Positions 1 to 9,769 of a stretch of DNA of 64,000 nt are shown here, in pieces; position 1 is the first letter of the stretch; each line of letters opens with the position of its first letter. The stretch lies in NCBI GenBank assembly GCA_963668315.1, contig OY764216.1:5216001-5280000 (forward strand), written 5' to 3'. Both the position numbers and the translations under genes were made by a program. Under the pieces are notes generated by a model. It saw nothing but the letters and a program-made list of their open reading frames with translations, searched no databases and was not told the DNA's origin. This DNA comes from Spirochaetia bacterium. GTDB lineage: Bacteria; Spirochaetota; Spirochaetia; DSM-2461.

Positions 1-735
1 ATGAACCGTTCCGGAGAATTATCCTATATAACCCCTGCCCTTCTCTCGGAAGATCCGGTTATCCTTCTTCGGGAGGGTGAGACGAATCTCTATGAAACCA
101 AATACCTTCCTCTTTTTCTGGGGGAGGAGTCCTACAAAAAGGGAGATTTCGGGACGGCCCTCTCCTATTTTGAGAAAGCGGAGCCCGTCCTTCCCCCCGA
201 TCTGGCCTCCTTTGTAAAAGGGCGCATGGATACCAGTCTCCAGCTCTACCTTTCCCCGGTCGCCGATGAATCAGGCCGGGAGATAATGGAGAAGGAGGAA
301 CTCACCCTCTCCGATCTGATAGGCTATTTCCACGGACAGACCGATATATTTTACGAGCTGGACGGCGGGGAGGAAGAGACCACCTGGGCCAACTGGGTCG
401 GGGAACAGCTTCTGCTCCCGGGAGACAAACCGGCCGCGGTACTTCTGAGGCGGAAGCTGGCCAATATACTGTACCGAATGGACTGGTATCGGGACCATGC
501 CCATGATCCCTTTCCCGGAACCGTTGCTCTGACTCTGCCCGATGAGTATGCCTTTCTGGAAGTGAGCCCTATCAGCGATGTGTCCCTGGACGATCCGGAC
601 TTTCCCGCCATACTGATGGTAATAGAGAGGGAATGGATTAATATGGTGGACGGGGAACATTTTTCCCCGGACCGGCCGGTCCGGGGAGAGGAGCTTCTCC
701 CTCTAATGGAGAAGCTGCCCGGGTATTTTCACTAG
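1..735 (+). CDS. Hypothetical protein with TPR-like and C-terminal SLH-like segments (may be 5'-truncated at the window edge)
   Basis: LGEESYKKGDFGTALSYFEKA is TPR-like. ISDVSLDDPDFPAI...DGEHFSPDRPVRGEE resembles an S-layer homology repeat. Confidence 0.5.
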   Translation: MNRSGELSYITPALLSEDPVILLREGETNLYETKYLPLFLGEESYKKGDFGTALSYFEKAEPVLPPDLASFVKGRMDTSLQLYLSPVADESGREIMEKEELTLSDLIGYFHGQTDIFYELDGGEEETTWANWVGEQLLLPGDKPAAVLLRRKLANILYRMDWYRDHAHDPFPGTVALTLPDEYAFLEVSPISDVSLDDPDFPAILMVIEREWINMVDGEHFSPDRPVRGEELLPLMEKLPGYFH

Positions 736-2168
736 AAGCGGGAATAGTTCGGCGCTTCCTGAGTGATGGAGACATCGTGCGCGTGGGACTCTTTCAGACC
801 GGCTCCCGAGATACGGACGAACTTCTGATAGGCGTTCATCTCCTCGATGGTCTTATTGCCGGTGTAACCCATGCCTTTCTTGAGGCCCGTTACCAGCTGG
901 TTCAGGTAGGGGGCCAGCTCGCCCTTGTAGGGAACTCTTCCCTCGATGCCTTCCGGCACGGGCTCATCCCCTTCCTTCATATTGTATCTGTCGCCGCCGC
1001 CCTTCTTGATGGCTCCTACGGAACCCATGCCGCGGTATGTTTTGAAGATGCGCCCTTCGAAGATAATCTCCTTTCCGGGGGCCTCTTTCAGACCGGCGAA
1101 CAGATTTCCGATCATAATGGAGGAAGCACCGGCTCCCACGGCCTTGACGATATCACCGGAGAATTTGATGCCTCCGTCGGCTATGACGGGGATATTATAT
1201 TTCCGTGCGGCCTTCGCCGAATCGTAGACAGCGGAGAACTGGGGAACACCGATTCCCGCGACAATTCTGGTGGTGCAGATGGAACCCGGACCGACTCCGA
1301 CTTTCACCGCGTCCGCCCCGGCTTTAATCACCCTTTCGGTTCCGTCTTCATCGATAACGTTACCGCCGATGACCTGAATGTCCCAGTTGTCCTTGATGAA
1401 CCTGATGGCGTCAAGAACATTTTTGCTCACCCCGTGGGCCGCGTCGAGAACGACGAAGTCGCACTTGCTCTCCAGCAGAAGGGGAATACGTTTCTCCAAG
1501 TCGTTGGGAGATACGGCGGCGCCCACGATAAGTCTGCCGTGGGCATCGGTGGCGGCATTGGGGAAATTCGCTTTTTTCTCCATATCGGTGACGGTGATCA
1601 AACCGGTGAGATGGTTGTTCTCATCGACAACGGGAAGCTTTTCGATGCGGTGCTCATAGAATTTCTGGGCCGCCGTTTCCGAAGTGGGAGTTCCCCGCTC
1701 CACAACGAGATCGGTCGTCATGACCTCGTGGACAGGCTGATTGCCGTGCTTGCAGAACCGCATATCCCGGTTGGTGATGATACCTATCAGCTTGCCCTTA
1801 TCCAGAACGGGGAGTCCGGTAACGCCCTGGGAGATCATGATTCTCTCCACGTCGGAAACCGTCTGATGGGCCTCCACCGTAATGGGATCTTCAATGACCC
1901 AGTTCAGATAGCGCTTGACGTGACCGACCTGGAGGGCCTGTTCTACGGGACTCAGATTGCGGTGGATAACACCGGCGCCTCCCTGAAGAGCCAGGGCGAT
2001 GGCCATGTCCTCTTCGGTTACCGTATCCATGGCGGCGGAAAGAATAGGAACGTTTAAGGTAATCTTGTTCGTCAGCCTCGTCGTCAGATCCACCTCGTGG
2101 GGAAGAACTTCCGAATAACGGGGCACCATCAAAACATCGTCGTAACTTAATTTTTCCTCAATCTGCAT
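732..2168 (-). CDS. guaB: Inosine-5'-monophosphate dehydrogenase
   Basis: [13 protein letters not shown] pair, catalytic loop [34 protein letters not shown]. Confidence 0.97.
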   Translation of the reverse strand: MQIEEKLSYDDVLMVPRYSEVLPHEVDLTTRLTNKITLNVPILSAAMDTVTEEDMAIALALQGGAGVIHRNLSPVEQALQVGHVKRYLNWVIEDPITVEAHQTVSDVERIMISQGVTGLPVLDKGKLIGIITNRDMRFCKHGNQPVHEVMTTDLVVERGTPTSETAAQKFYEHRIEKLPVVDENNHLTGLITVTDMEKKANFPNAATDAHGRLIVGAAVSPNDLEKRIPLLLESKCDFVVLDAAHGVSKNVLDAIRFIKDNWDIQVIGGNVIDEDGTERVIKAGADAVKVGVGPGSICTTRIVAGIGVPQFSAVYDSAKAARKYNIPVIADGGIKFSGDIVKAVGAGASSIMIGNLFAGLKEAPGKEIIFEGRIFKTYRGMGSVGAIKKGGGDRYNMKEGDEPVPEGIEGRVPYKGELAPYLNQLVTGLKKGMGYTGNKTIEEMNAYQKFVRISGAGLKESHAHDVSITQEAPNYSRF

Positions 2169-2171
2169 ACA

Positions 2172-3611
2172 CTACCCCCTCCCAAGGGCTTTAGTCAGTT
2201 CATCGCATACCGCCCGGTATTTCTCAACCAGGCCCAGAGTCTTCTCCACCGTTTTTCCCCGGTACAGTTCGGGCTTGGCATAAAACTCATCCCCGTCCAG
2301 TCCGGTTATTTTCTTCATCTGCTCCTTGATGACTTCCCAGACTTCCGGTTCGTCCTCCTGGAGTATTTCATACAGTTTCTTACCCGTCTCCTGGCACCGG
2401 AGAGTGGCACGGCGGACGATTTCGTGTCCTTCGTTCACGCCGCCCATGGCGATAAGGATATAGGTGGGCTCGGCCAGGACCAGATCGCCCTGTTCCCGAA
2501 GGTTCTTCATCAGCCGGTCTTCGTTGACTGTCATTCCCTTGAGAATCTTGTTCATACGGGCCACGGCGGCGGCGAAACCGGCCATGTAATCGGCCTGAAA
2601 CCGGGCGCTCGCCGAATTGGAAAGGTCCCTCTGATGTTCGGAGATCTGATCCATGTAAAAGGACATGACCCGGGGAGCGAAAGCCTTCCAGAGGCTCTTC
2701 ACATGCTCGCAGTTCCAGGGATTACGTTTCTGGGGCATCGTACTGGAACCTACCTGGGTGCTGGAAAAATACTCCCGCACTTCGTCAATCTCGCTTCTCT
2801 GGAGGTGGCGCAGGTCATCGGCCAGGTTGGCGATAATGCCGAAAGCGGTGTTCAGTTCCAGAAAGAGGCGCAGAAGGTACTCCGGCTCGACCATCTGGGT
2901 GGAGTATTCCGAAGGCTTGAGGCCCAGGTGATTCAGGTATATCTCTTCCATCCTGAAAGGATCGGATGTCATCATGCTGGTGGCGTTGTAACCGCCCACC
3001 GCACCGGCCAGTTTGCCCCTCTGGTCCAGGCTCAGCTTATCGATCTCTTTGATGGACTGGCCCAGACGGCTCACATATTCGGCAAAGGCGTAGCCCAGGG
3101 TTACGGGTACGGCGTGCTGCCCGTGGGTCCGGCCGACCTGGGGAACGGCGGCGTTATCCTCGGCCAGGCGGATAAGATGCTCCTCCAGCTCTATGAGCAG
3201 GGGAAGGAGGACTTCCCGCGTGGCGTCCCTCATTTTCATGGAGTTGGCCGTATCCAGAATATCGACGCTGGTGGCGCCCATGTGAACATAGGGCTTGAGT
3301 CTTGCGGGAACCTTGCGGTTCATAACGTTGACGAGGGCGCGTATATTGTGCTGGGTTTTCTCTTCTTCTTTGTAGACTTCTTCCGGATCGATCTGTTCCT
3401 CCAGACCTTCCAGAGCCGCCAGGAGCTCTCCGTCGTTCCCTTCCTGCAACTCGATATGGGTCTTCAGGAGGGCGATTTCCGCCCGGGCGCAGTAGGATAC
3501 GCCGGCTTCTTCGGAGATATAAAGGGCGAGTTTTTCAAATATTTCCTTGTTGGATTGATAGTACCTGTGATCCAGGGGACTTATATTCTTAAAAATGCTT
3601 CGTGATTCCAT
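2172..3611 (-). CDS. purB: Adenylosuccinate lyase
   Basis: ISPLDHRY, HMGATSVD, GRTHGQHAVP, signature GSSTMPQKRNP, EHQRDLSNS; co-oriented with guaB. Confidence 0.95.
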   Translation of the reverse strand: MESRSIFKNISPLDHRYYQSNKEIFEKLALYISEEAGVSYCARAEIALLKTHIELQEGNDGELLAALEGLEEQIDPEEVYKEEEKTQHNIRALVNVMNRKVPARLKPYVHMGATSVDILDTANSMKMRDATREVLLPLLIELEEHLIRLAEDNAAVPQVGRTHGQHAVPVTLGYAFAEYVSRLGQSIKEIDKLSLDQRGKLAGAVGGYNATSMMTSDPFRMEEIYLNHLGLKPSEYSTQMVEPEYLLRLFLELNTAFGIIANLADDLRHLQRSEIDEVREYFSSTQVGSSTMPQKRNPWNCEHVKSLWKAFAPRVMSFYMDQISEHQRDLSNSASARFQADYMAGFAAAVARMNKILKGMTVNEDRLMKNLREQGDLVLAEPTYILIAMGGVNEGHEIVRRATLRCQETGKKLYEILQEDEPEVWEVIKEQMKKITGLDGDEFYAKPELYRGKTVEKTLGLVEKYRAVCDELTKALGRG

Positions 3612-3672
3612 ACAGAAGAATTACATAAAGCCGAGAAAAAGTAAAGCGAGAACAAATGTTATTTATTTCTTT

Positions 3673-5544
3673 TTAGTGATAATTCCGCCAGAACTCTTTC
3701 TTCAGATAACCCCCGTTCGGCCGGGAGGTTTCCGGATTATACCAGCCGGTCCACCTTTCGTCCCGGTCGCCCTCCTTGCGCGTGACAGTGTGCTCTTCAA
3801 TCATATTATTGATTTCCAGGCAGTCCCGTACCTTATTCTCCGATTCGGGGAATTCCAGCATGGCCATGAAAATCCTGTTCAGCTGCAGAAGCAGTTTAAC
3901 GGGAAGGATGAAATGGTCGTGAAAGAAGACCTGGTTCCTCTGGATTTTTTCCTCCAGGGCCGTCACCTTCTCATGGGCCTCTTCCAGTACGGCGATACGC
4001 CTGCGGCAGGAATCCCTTCTCTTTTCCCAGTATTCCCCGACGCATTTTCTCTCCATGAGGAAGGTACTCTGCCAGCGTGAGATATCGCTCATGACCCGGA
4101 TATAACCGTATCCTCCCTCCTGCCCTTCATGGAGAAGGGAGAGAACCTCCCCTATGGCATTTGTTCTCTCGGGAGAAAAATACCGTTCTATCCACTCGGC
4201 CATAAAAGTCCTGCCGTCAAATTCGGCGGGATTCTGGCACAGCCTGGCCAGCCCCTCCATATTCATGGTGAAGTGGCGGAATGTCTGCCCGGTGACCTGA
4301 TTGTAACTGTTCATGCCCTTCTCAAGGAGGGCCATTTTCATGCTCTTCTCCAGGATAAAGGGATAGGGGTCCTGAACAAGATGGTTATACCAGTAACCGG
4401 CATGCATGGAGGTTCCCCGCCTGTAGGGGCACTCGTCTTCCGGCTCCCTGTCCATGACACCGTAGCCGTCGTCGGGCCAGCTGATAATGAAATCCTCAGC
4501 CGGCAGGGGCCTGAAGCCCTCCTGGTAGACGTCCACCCCTTCCCGGGAGAGATCGGCCACGATCAGCGCCCCGGGGTTGTGCTCCCGGATAATATCCCTC
4601 ATAACGGGAAAGACTTCGTTGAAGACTTCGGCGGTATTTTCTCCGCTTGAAGAGCTGTAGGGATGGTCAAGCTTCTGGTGGCGGGGCTGATTGAGGAAGA
4701 TGTCCGCCCGCCCGATGGGAGTCTCCTTTAGATAATAGCACCAGGTCTCTATCCACTCCTCCCTGTGATGGGTCCAGTCATAGGAAGCCTCGTCGCTTAT
4801 GGTCTTGAAGTGCCAGCCCAGGGAAAAGGAGACCTGAATCAGCATGCCCTTCTCCCGGGCATAATCGATGATCCGGTTGACCAGTTCCACATCGGCCTGA
4901 TAACCGGGACGGATCCTCAGGTAGGGGACGCGGGTGATGAACTCGGTCCTCCCCAGCTGGTCGTAAATATCCAGAGCATTGTACCCGACCCGGACGAGGG
5001 AGTCGATCATCTCCTTCCAGAGGGGGAAATCGATCTCCAGATAGGGTTCGGAAAGATTGGCCAGCTCATCATATTCACTCCCTTTGTAACAGCGGATGGC
5101 CACAAGGGGAGCGGGAATCTCCCTCTCCTTTATCCGGGAGATTTCGGGAAAAGAGGTCTTTTCGGGGAAATTGCCCGTCCAGAAGGCAAAGGGATCCACG
5201 CCCAGTTCATTCAGGGTAAAACTATAAACGGCCCTTTGGGTGCCCTCTCCGTCGAATCCCCCGAGCAGCAGCCGATCGGGCCCCAGAACCCTGACGACAG
5301 CCCCTCCCGGAGCGGAACAGGGACTATCCGGGGGAAAGAGACTCCCCTCCTCCAGATTCCATTCGGAAAAGCAGGTCTGATGGCCGACGAAAATATGACC
5401 GCCCGGGCCGTCATACCGGCTGTCTTCGGCAATATGGCAGTCACAGGATTTCAATAGGGAAATATCGGAAAGGAGATCTTCCGCCGCCCGCAGCTCGCGG
5501 CTTTCCGCTTCGGATGAGATGTGTATAGTAAGTTTTCTTTTCAT
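3673..5544 (-). CDS. GH115-like (alpha-glucuronidase-like) glycoside hydrolase, divergent
   Basis: N-terminal LLLGGFDGEGTQRAVYSF...LGVDPFAFWTG and WPDDGYG resemble GH115 motifs. No signal peptide. Confidence 0.55.
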   Translation of the reverse strand: MKRKLTIHISSEAESRELRAAEDLLSDISLLKSCDCHIAEDSRYDGPGGHIFVGHQTCFSEWNLEEGSLFPPDSPCSAPGGAVVRVLGPDRLLLGGFDGEGTQRAVYSFTLNELGVDPFAFWTGNFPEKTSFPEISRIKEREIPAPLVAIRCYKGSEYDELANLSEPYLEIDFPLWKEMIDSLVRVGYNALDIYDQLGRTEFITRVPYLRIRPGYQADVELVNRIIDYAREKGMLIQVSFSLGWHFKTISDEASYDWTHHREEWIETWCYYLKETPIGRADIFLNQPRHQKLDHPYSSSSGENTAEVFNEVFPVMRDIIREHNPGALIVADLSREGVDVYQEGFRPLPAEDFIISWPDDGYGVMDREPEDECPYRRGTSMHAGYWYNHLVQDPYPFILEKSMKMALLEKGMNSYNQVTGQTFRHFTMNMEGLARLCQNPAEFDGRTFMAEWIERYFSPERTNAIGEVLSLLHEGQEGGYGYIRVMSDISRWQSTFLMERKCVGEYWEKRRDSCRRRIAVLEEAHEKVTALEEKIQRNQVFFHDHFILPVKLLLQLNRIFMAMLEFPESENKVRDCLEINNMIEEHTVTRKEGDRDERWTGWYNPETSRPNGGYLKKEFWRNYH

Positions 5545-5564
5545 GATAAACCGTCCCGAACATC

Positions 5565-5625
5565 AGCCTAGACTATTCACAAAGGGTTGTCATACCCATT
5601 ATTGGTCTTAATATGGTGGATATTG
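5565..5625 (-). promoter_or_regulatory. Promoter of the GH115-like gene with tandem CAATA half-site motif (copy A)
   Basis: Minus strand reads CAATATCCACCATATTAAGACCAATAAT (5625-5598), then ATGACA-N17-TAGGCT. 21/28 identical to the copy at 6523. Confidence 0.65.
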
Positions 5626-5626
5626 C

Positions 5627-6475
5627 TTAATTCTGCTGGGCAAATTGCTTGGGAGGAATCCCCGTGACTCTCTTGAACACCTTATAGAAATTGGAATAAT
5701 CGCTGAATCCCACGGCATAGCAGGCTTCGATAACCGGAACCCCCCGGCTCAAAAGCTGTTTGGCCTTCATGATCCTTTTATTGCTTATATATTCGAACAC
5801 GGTGAAGCCGGTATTTTTCTTGAAGACATGACAGAGATAATATTTGTTGATGAAAAAAAGATCTTCCAGCTCCTTAAGGGAGAGTTTCTGGTCCAGATTG
5901 TTGTTGATATACTTCAGGATGGAGGTTGTCCGCTCATCGTAGTGCTTCGGTGTGATGATATTGGTATCCCCGTCCACATAAAGGCGGCTCATTTCGACAA
6001 GGAGCTGAATAAAATAGGTTTTGACGAGGGTAAAGGTGTAAAGGGAGTTGTCGTTAACCGCCGCCTCGATTCTCTGGAGAATGGAGAAAAGGGGCTTTGT
6101 ATCGATCTGATCAGCCTTGATAAGGTTGGCATGGCCCAGTTTTCTTTTGGTGAGAAAATCGATGATATGGTAATCGCCCGCCGAGAAACCCTCCAGAAAG
6201 GGCCGATTGAAGTGAATGACGATTCTTTCATAGGCCTCGTCGGACCGGGGGGTGGCCCGGTGCAGCTCATCATTATTTATAATAAGGATATCCCCGGGAT
6301 TCATGGTATAAGCCTGACCCTCGATATAGAAGATCATGTCCCCGGAGAGAAAATAGTAGAATTCGAAAAAGTCATGAAGCTCAATGGGAACATCCTCGGG
6401 AGGAGTCGCTACGGAGTGAAGGTAGTCGAACTGATCTTCAAATTGATAATAGGTGAGAAACTTATCGTTCTTCAT
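5627..6475 (-). CDS. AraC-family transcriptional regulator
   Basis: N-terminal cupin (LHDFFEFYYFLSGD...NNDELHR) and C-terminal double HTH (VGFSDYSNFYKVFKRVTGIPP). Confidence 0.95.
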   Translation of the reverse strand: MKNDKFLTYYQFEDQFDYLHSVATPPEDVPIELHDFFEFYYFLSGDMIFYIEGQAYTMNPGDILIINNDELHRATPRSDEAYERIVIHFNRPFLEGFSAGDYHIIDFLTKRKLGHANLIKADQIDTKPLFSILQRIEAAVNDNSLYTFTLVKTYFIQLLVEMSRLYVDGDTNIITPKHYDERTTSILKYINNNLDQKLSLKELEDLFFINKYYLCHVFKKNTGFTVFEYISNKRIMKAKQLLSRGVPVIEACYAVGFSDYSNFYKVFKRVTGIPPKQFAQQN

Positions 6476-6522
6476 AGCCTAACAGAATAAGGGGACTTTA
6501 TCGATCTGGCAAGAAAATTGTG

Positions 6523-6584
6523 CAATATCTACCATTTTTTTACCAATATGTCCAAGGATATGAACAATAGTGTCATGTTATTAT
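6523..6584 (+). promoter_or_regulatory. Promoter of the GDPD-GH28-HAD operon with tandem half-site motif (copy B)
   Basis: CAATAT at 6523 and 6544 (21-bp period); extended -10 TGTTATTAT at 6576-6584. Confidence 0.7.
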
Positions 6585-6607
6585 GTGTCTGATAAGGAAG
6601 TTGTCCC

Positions 6608-7345
6608 ATGAAACCAATGATTAGCGCCCACAGAGGCGCTGCCGATATGGCACCTGAAAATACAATTCCCGCAATAGAGAAAGCCCTGGATCTGGGGATT
6701 CCCATGATAGAGCTGGACGTGCGCAGCTCCCTCGACGGCGTTCTTTACGATCTCCATGACCCCACTCTCAACAGGACGACCAGAGGCCGGGGAAACATCC
6801 GCCTCAAACGGTCTTCCCGCATCGAAAAAATCAAGGTTAAGGATGATCATTTCGGTGTGGACTGCACCATTCCCCGCATCGAGTCCATTCTCAAAGAGTA
6901 CGGAGACCGGAGTCACTTCTATTTCGATGTGAAAAAGGGAGTCAAACTGACCACCCTGCTGGATATGGTTTATAAATACAAGCTGGAGAAACGTTCCCTG
7001 TTCTGGTTCAAGGATCCCGCCCAGGCGGCCCTTCTCAAAAAAACCGACCCTTCCCTGGCCTTGAAAATAAACGTCAACGGACCGGAGGATCTGCTTAACA
7101 AACTGGATCAGATTCCCGCCGACGTGATAGAAATCGCCCCGGAGGATTATTCGGAAATCCTTCTGAATATCTGCCGCTCCAGAAAAATCCGCATCATGGT
7201 CAATTTTCTGGACAAGGAAGAGATGTTTCTCGAAAAGCCGAAAAAATGGCCCGTCGACATTGTGAACGTCCACCGGGTGCTTCCCATGATCCCCTACCTG
7301 ACAAAAATACAGGAGAAAAAGAAAAAGAAAAAAGACGAGAACTGA
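6608..7345 (+). CDS. Glycerophosphodiester phosphodiesterase family protein
   Basis: SAHRGA, PENT, IELDV, LHDPTLNRTT motifs. Confidence 0.92.
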   Translation: MKPMISAHRGAADMAPENTIPAIEKALDLGIPMIELDVRSSLDGVLYDLHDPTLNRTTRGRGNIRLKRSSRIEKIKVKDDHFGVDCTIPRIESILKEYGDRSHFYFDVKKGVKLTTLLDMVYKYKLEKRSLFWFKDPAQAALLKKTDPSLALKINVNGPEDLLNKLDQIPADVIEIAPEDYSEILLNICRSRKIRIMVNFLDKEEMFLEKPKKWPVDIVNVHRVLPMIPYLTKIQEKKKKKKDEN

Positions 7346-7470
7346 GTGATCCCGTTCTTAGTCCTACTATCCGGGGCCGGCCGGTATACGATGTGATCCG
7401 CCCGCCTATGAAACCTGAAGCAGGCCCGAGGCTGCCGCAGCCTTCACGCCGCGCGAACCAAGGAGTTCCC

Positions 7471-8811
7471 ATGTATAATATTGTAGATTACGGTGCCGTC
7501 GGAGACGGAAAGACAAATAACGACAAAGCGATTCAGGCCGCCATCGACGCCTGTCACGCGGCGGGGGGCGGAAAGGTCATCGTTCCCGGAGGATTTACCT
7601 TCGTAACCGGTCCCTTTAAATTCAAATCGAACGTCAATCTTGTCGTGGAAGCCAATGCGATACTCAAAGCAAGCACAGACGAATCTCTTTATACGGAGAG
7701 CGCCTTCAAGGAGAACCGCTCCGAAGGAAGTATGTGGATCAGCGGTTTCGAAGCGCATCGCATCGCCATTTCCGGCCAGGGAATAATCGACGGCCAGGGA
7801 ACGGAGTTCATGGTCAACGAAGAGAAGACCCACTACAACTACAAGATAGAGAACAATATAGACATGAGGCCCCACCTCCTGACCCTGATAGGATGCCATA
7901 ACATCACCATACGGGACGTGACATTCCGCAACGCCGCCTACTGGTGCGTTCACCCCGTGGGATGCGTGGATGTGCTGATCACCGGCGTCCGCATTCTGAA
8001 CAGCCTCAAAGTACGGAACTGCGACGGTATCGATCCGGACCATTGCCGCAACGTGCGCATCAGCGACTGCTACATCGAATCGGCCGACGACTGTATCTGC
8101 CCCAAAACCCGCCGGGAGTACGCCGAGTACGGCCCCACGGAAAATATCACCGTCACCGGCTGTACCCTCGTCTCCACCTCTTGCGCCATCAAGCTGGGGA
8201 GCGAGAACATGCAGGGCATCAGAAACGTGGTGTTCTCATCGATTATCATCAACTCCTCCAACCGGGCTCTGGGCATTCAGAACCGCGACGAAGGGGTCGT
8301 GGAGAATATTCAGTTCAACAATATCATCATCGAGACCCGGCTTTTCGCCGATGTCTGGTGGGGCAAGGCGGAGCCTATCTCCATCACCGCCTTCAAGCGG
8401 CCCAAGGACGCACTCATCCGCTTTGCTCCCGGCGAGACGGAAGGACGGATCGGCCCTGTAAGGAATATCTCCTTCCGCAACATCATGGCGGACAGCGAAA
8501 ACGGCGTTTATGTCTGCGGCTGCGCCGATTCCCGCCCCAGCCAGATCTCCTTTGACAATGTAAACCTTAAAATCAACAGAAAAACCAGTTATCCCGGCGG
8601 ACTGTATGACAGGCGTCCCTGCGACGCGGAAGGTATCGTCAACGAGAAAACCGCGGGCTTTTTCTTTCAGGAAGCCGATGATATCCGCATCCGGGACTGC
8701 CGTGTGGACTGGGGGGAAAATCAGCCCGATTTCTTCGGGGAAGCCCTGAAGCAGCGGGAGGTCGACGGCCTGGAAATCAACGGATTCCAGGAGAGGAACC
8801 GCAGAAGATGA
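7471..8811 (+). CDS. GH28-family (polygalacturonase-like) beta-helix glycoside hydrolase
   Basis: Start reassigned to ATG 7471 after AAGGAG. YNIVDYGAVGDG, IQAAID, NCDGIDPD, ADDCICPK, IKLGSE. Confidence 0.88.
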   Translation: MYNIVDYGAVGDGKTNNDKAIQAAIDACHAAGGGKVIVPGGFTFVTGPFKFKSNVNLVVEANAILKASTDESLYTESAFKENRSEGSMWISGFEAHRIAISGQGIIDGQGTEFMVNEEKTHYNYKIENNIDMRPHLLTLIGCHNITIRDVTFRNAAYWCVHPVGCVDVLITGVRILNSLKVRNCDGIDPDHCRNVRISDCYIESADDCICPKTRREYAEYGPTENITVTGCTLVSTSCAIKLGSENMQGIRNVVFSSIIINSSNRALGIQNRDEGVVENIQFNNIIIETRLFADVWWGKAEPISITAFKRPKDALIRFAPGETEGRIGPVRNISFRNIMADSENGVYVCGCADSRPSQISFDNVNLKINRKTSYPGGLYDRRPCDAEGIVNEKTAGFFFQEADDIRIRDCRVDWGENQPDFFGEALKQREVDGLEINGFQERNRRR

Positions 8812-9341
8812 AGGCCGAGGGGAGCAAACCGATTCTGTTCTTCGACTGCGGCGATACCCTTATAGACGAAGGCACGGAAGTTAAGGATTCCCGGGGGATC
8901 TCCGTAGACGGAGAGCTGATACCCGGAGGGGACGAACTGATCCGAACCCTGGCCGAGAGGGGTTACACCATGGCTCTTGTGGCGGACGGATTCGTCGACA
9001 CTTTCAAAAATCTCCTGGGAAAGTTCGACCTTTACAAGTACTTTTCCGCCTATGCCATATCCGAGACGGTGGGCGCCGACAAGCCGGACAGGAGAATGTT
9101 CGACAAGGCTCTGGCCGACCTCTCCCTGACCGAGAGGGATGCGGAGAATGTCTGGATGATCGGCAATAATCTGGAAAGGGACATCAAGGGCGCTAACAAG
9201 CTGGGCATGACGACGGTATGGCTCGACTGGGCGCCCCGCCGTTCCAAAATCCCCGCGGACAAGTGGGAAGAGCCGGACTACACCATAAAAACTCCCCTGG
9301 AACTGCTTCAAGTGCTCGAGGGAGAGCTGTCTCCCCGTTAG
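8808..9341 (+). CDS. HAD-superfamily hydrolase (phosphatase)
   Basis: FFDCGDTL motif I, KPD, MIGNNLERDIKGA; ATGA overlap with the GH28 gene. Confidence 0.88.
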   Translation: MKAEGSKPILFFDCGDTLIDEGTEVKDSRGISVDGELIPGGDELIRTLAERGYTMALVADGFVDTFKNLLGKFDLYKYFSAYAISETVGADKPDRRMFDKALADLSLTERDAENVWMIGNNLERDIKGANKLGMTTVWLDWAPRRSKIPADKWEEPDYTIKTPLELLQVLEGELSPR

Positions 9342-9398
9342 GAGATATGCTATACTTTCTCCGGGCCGGTTCGGCCGGCCCGCATTGAGGAGATTTTC

Positions 9399-9767
9399 AT
9401 GCTTTTTTATTTAATACTTCTTGTCGCTGTCATGGCCGGTTCGGCCGTATTCATAACAAAATTTACCATGTGGACCATTTCAAAACTGGGACACAAATAT
9501 ATTGAAATGACCCATCGCAGTGCCGAGTTCATCGTCAATACCGGAGCGGTCCCCCCCTTCTGGTATGACGGAAAACGGGCCTATCCCTTTCCTCTCTGGC
9601 AGAAAATGCGATGCCTGAAAAGACTCAAAAAACTGATCAGCTATTTTGAAAACAGCACGGTCGCCGGAGATGAAAAGACAAGAAAACTGGTAGCTTCACG
9701 GCTTATCGACGCCTATAATGTCTGGGTGGAAAAAGAGTGGGAGGAGCTGCTTCCCTCCGGCAGGTAA
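9399..9767 (+). CDS. Small hypothetical protein with N-terminal membrane anchor
   Basis: GAGGAG RBS, hydrophobic N-terminus; possible extended -10 TGCTATACT at 9348-9356. Confidence 0.7.
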   Translation: MLFYLILLVAVMAGSAVFITKFTMWTISKLGHKYIEMTHRSAEFIVNTGAVPPFWYDGKRAYPFPLWQKMRCLKRLKKLISYFENSTVAGDEKTRKLVASRLIDAYNVWVEKEWEELLPSGR

Positions 9768-9769
9768 GG

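Noticed and set aside
7313..7345. A-rich tract encoding a poly-Lys tail of GDPD as a phase-variation or frameshift site
   Set aside because: The runs are short, interrupted and at the very end of the gene.
7246..7470. N-terminal extension of GH28 in the ORF track (likewise the upstream starts at 20244, 19933, 36170, 54805, 12014 and 17829)
   Set aside because: These extensions overlap neighbouring genes or promoters. Downstream ATGs fit the RBS or family N-termini better.
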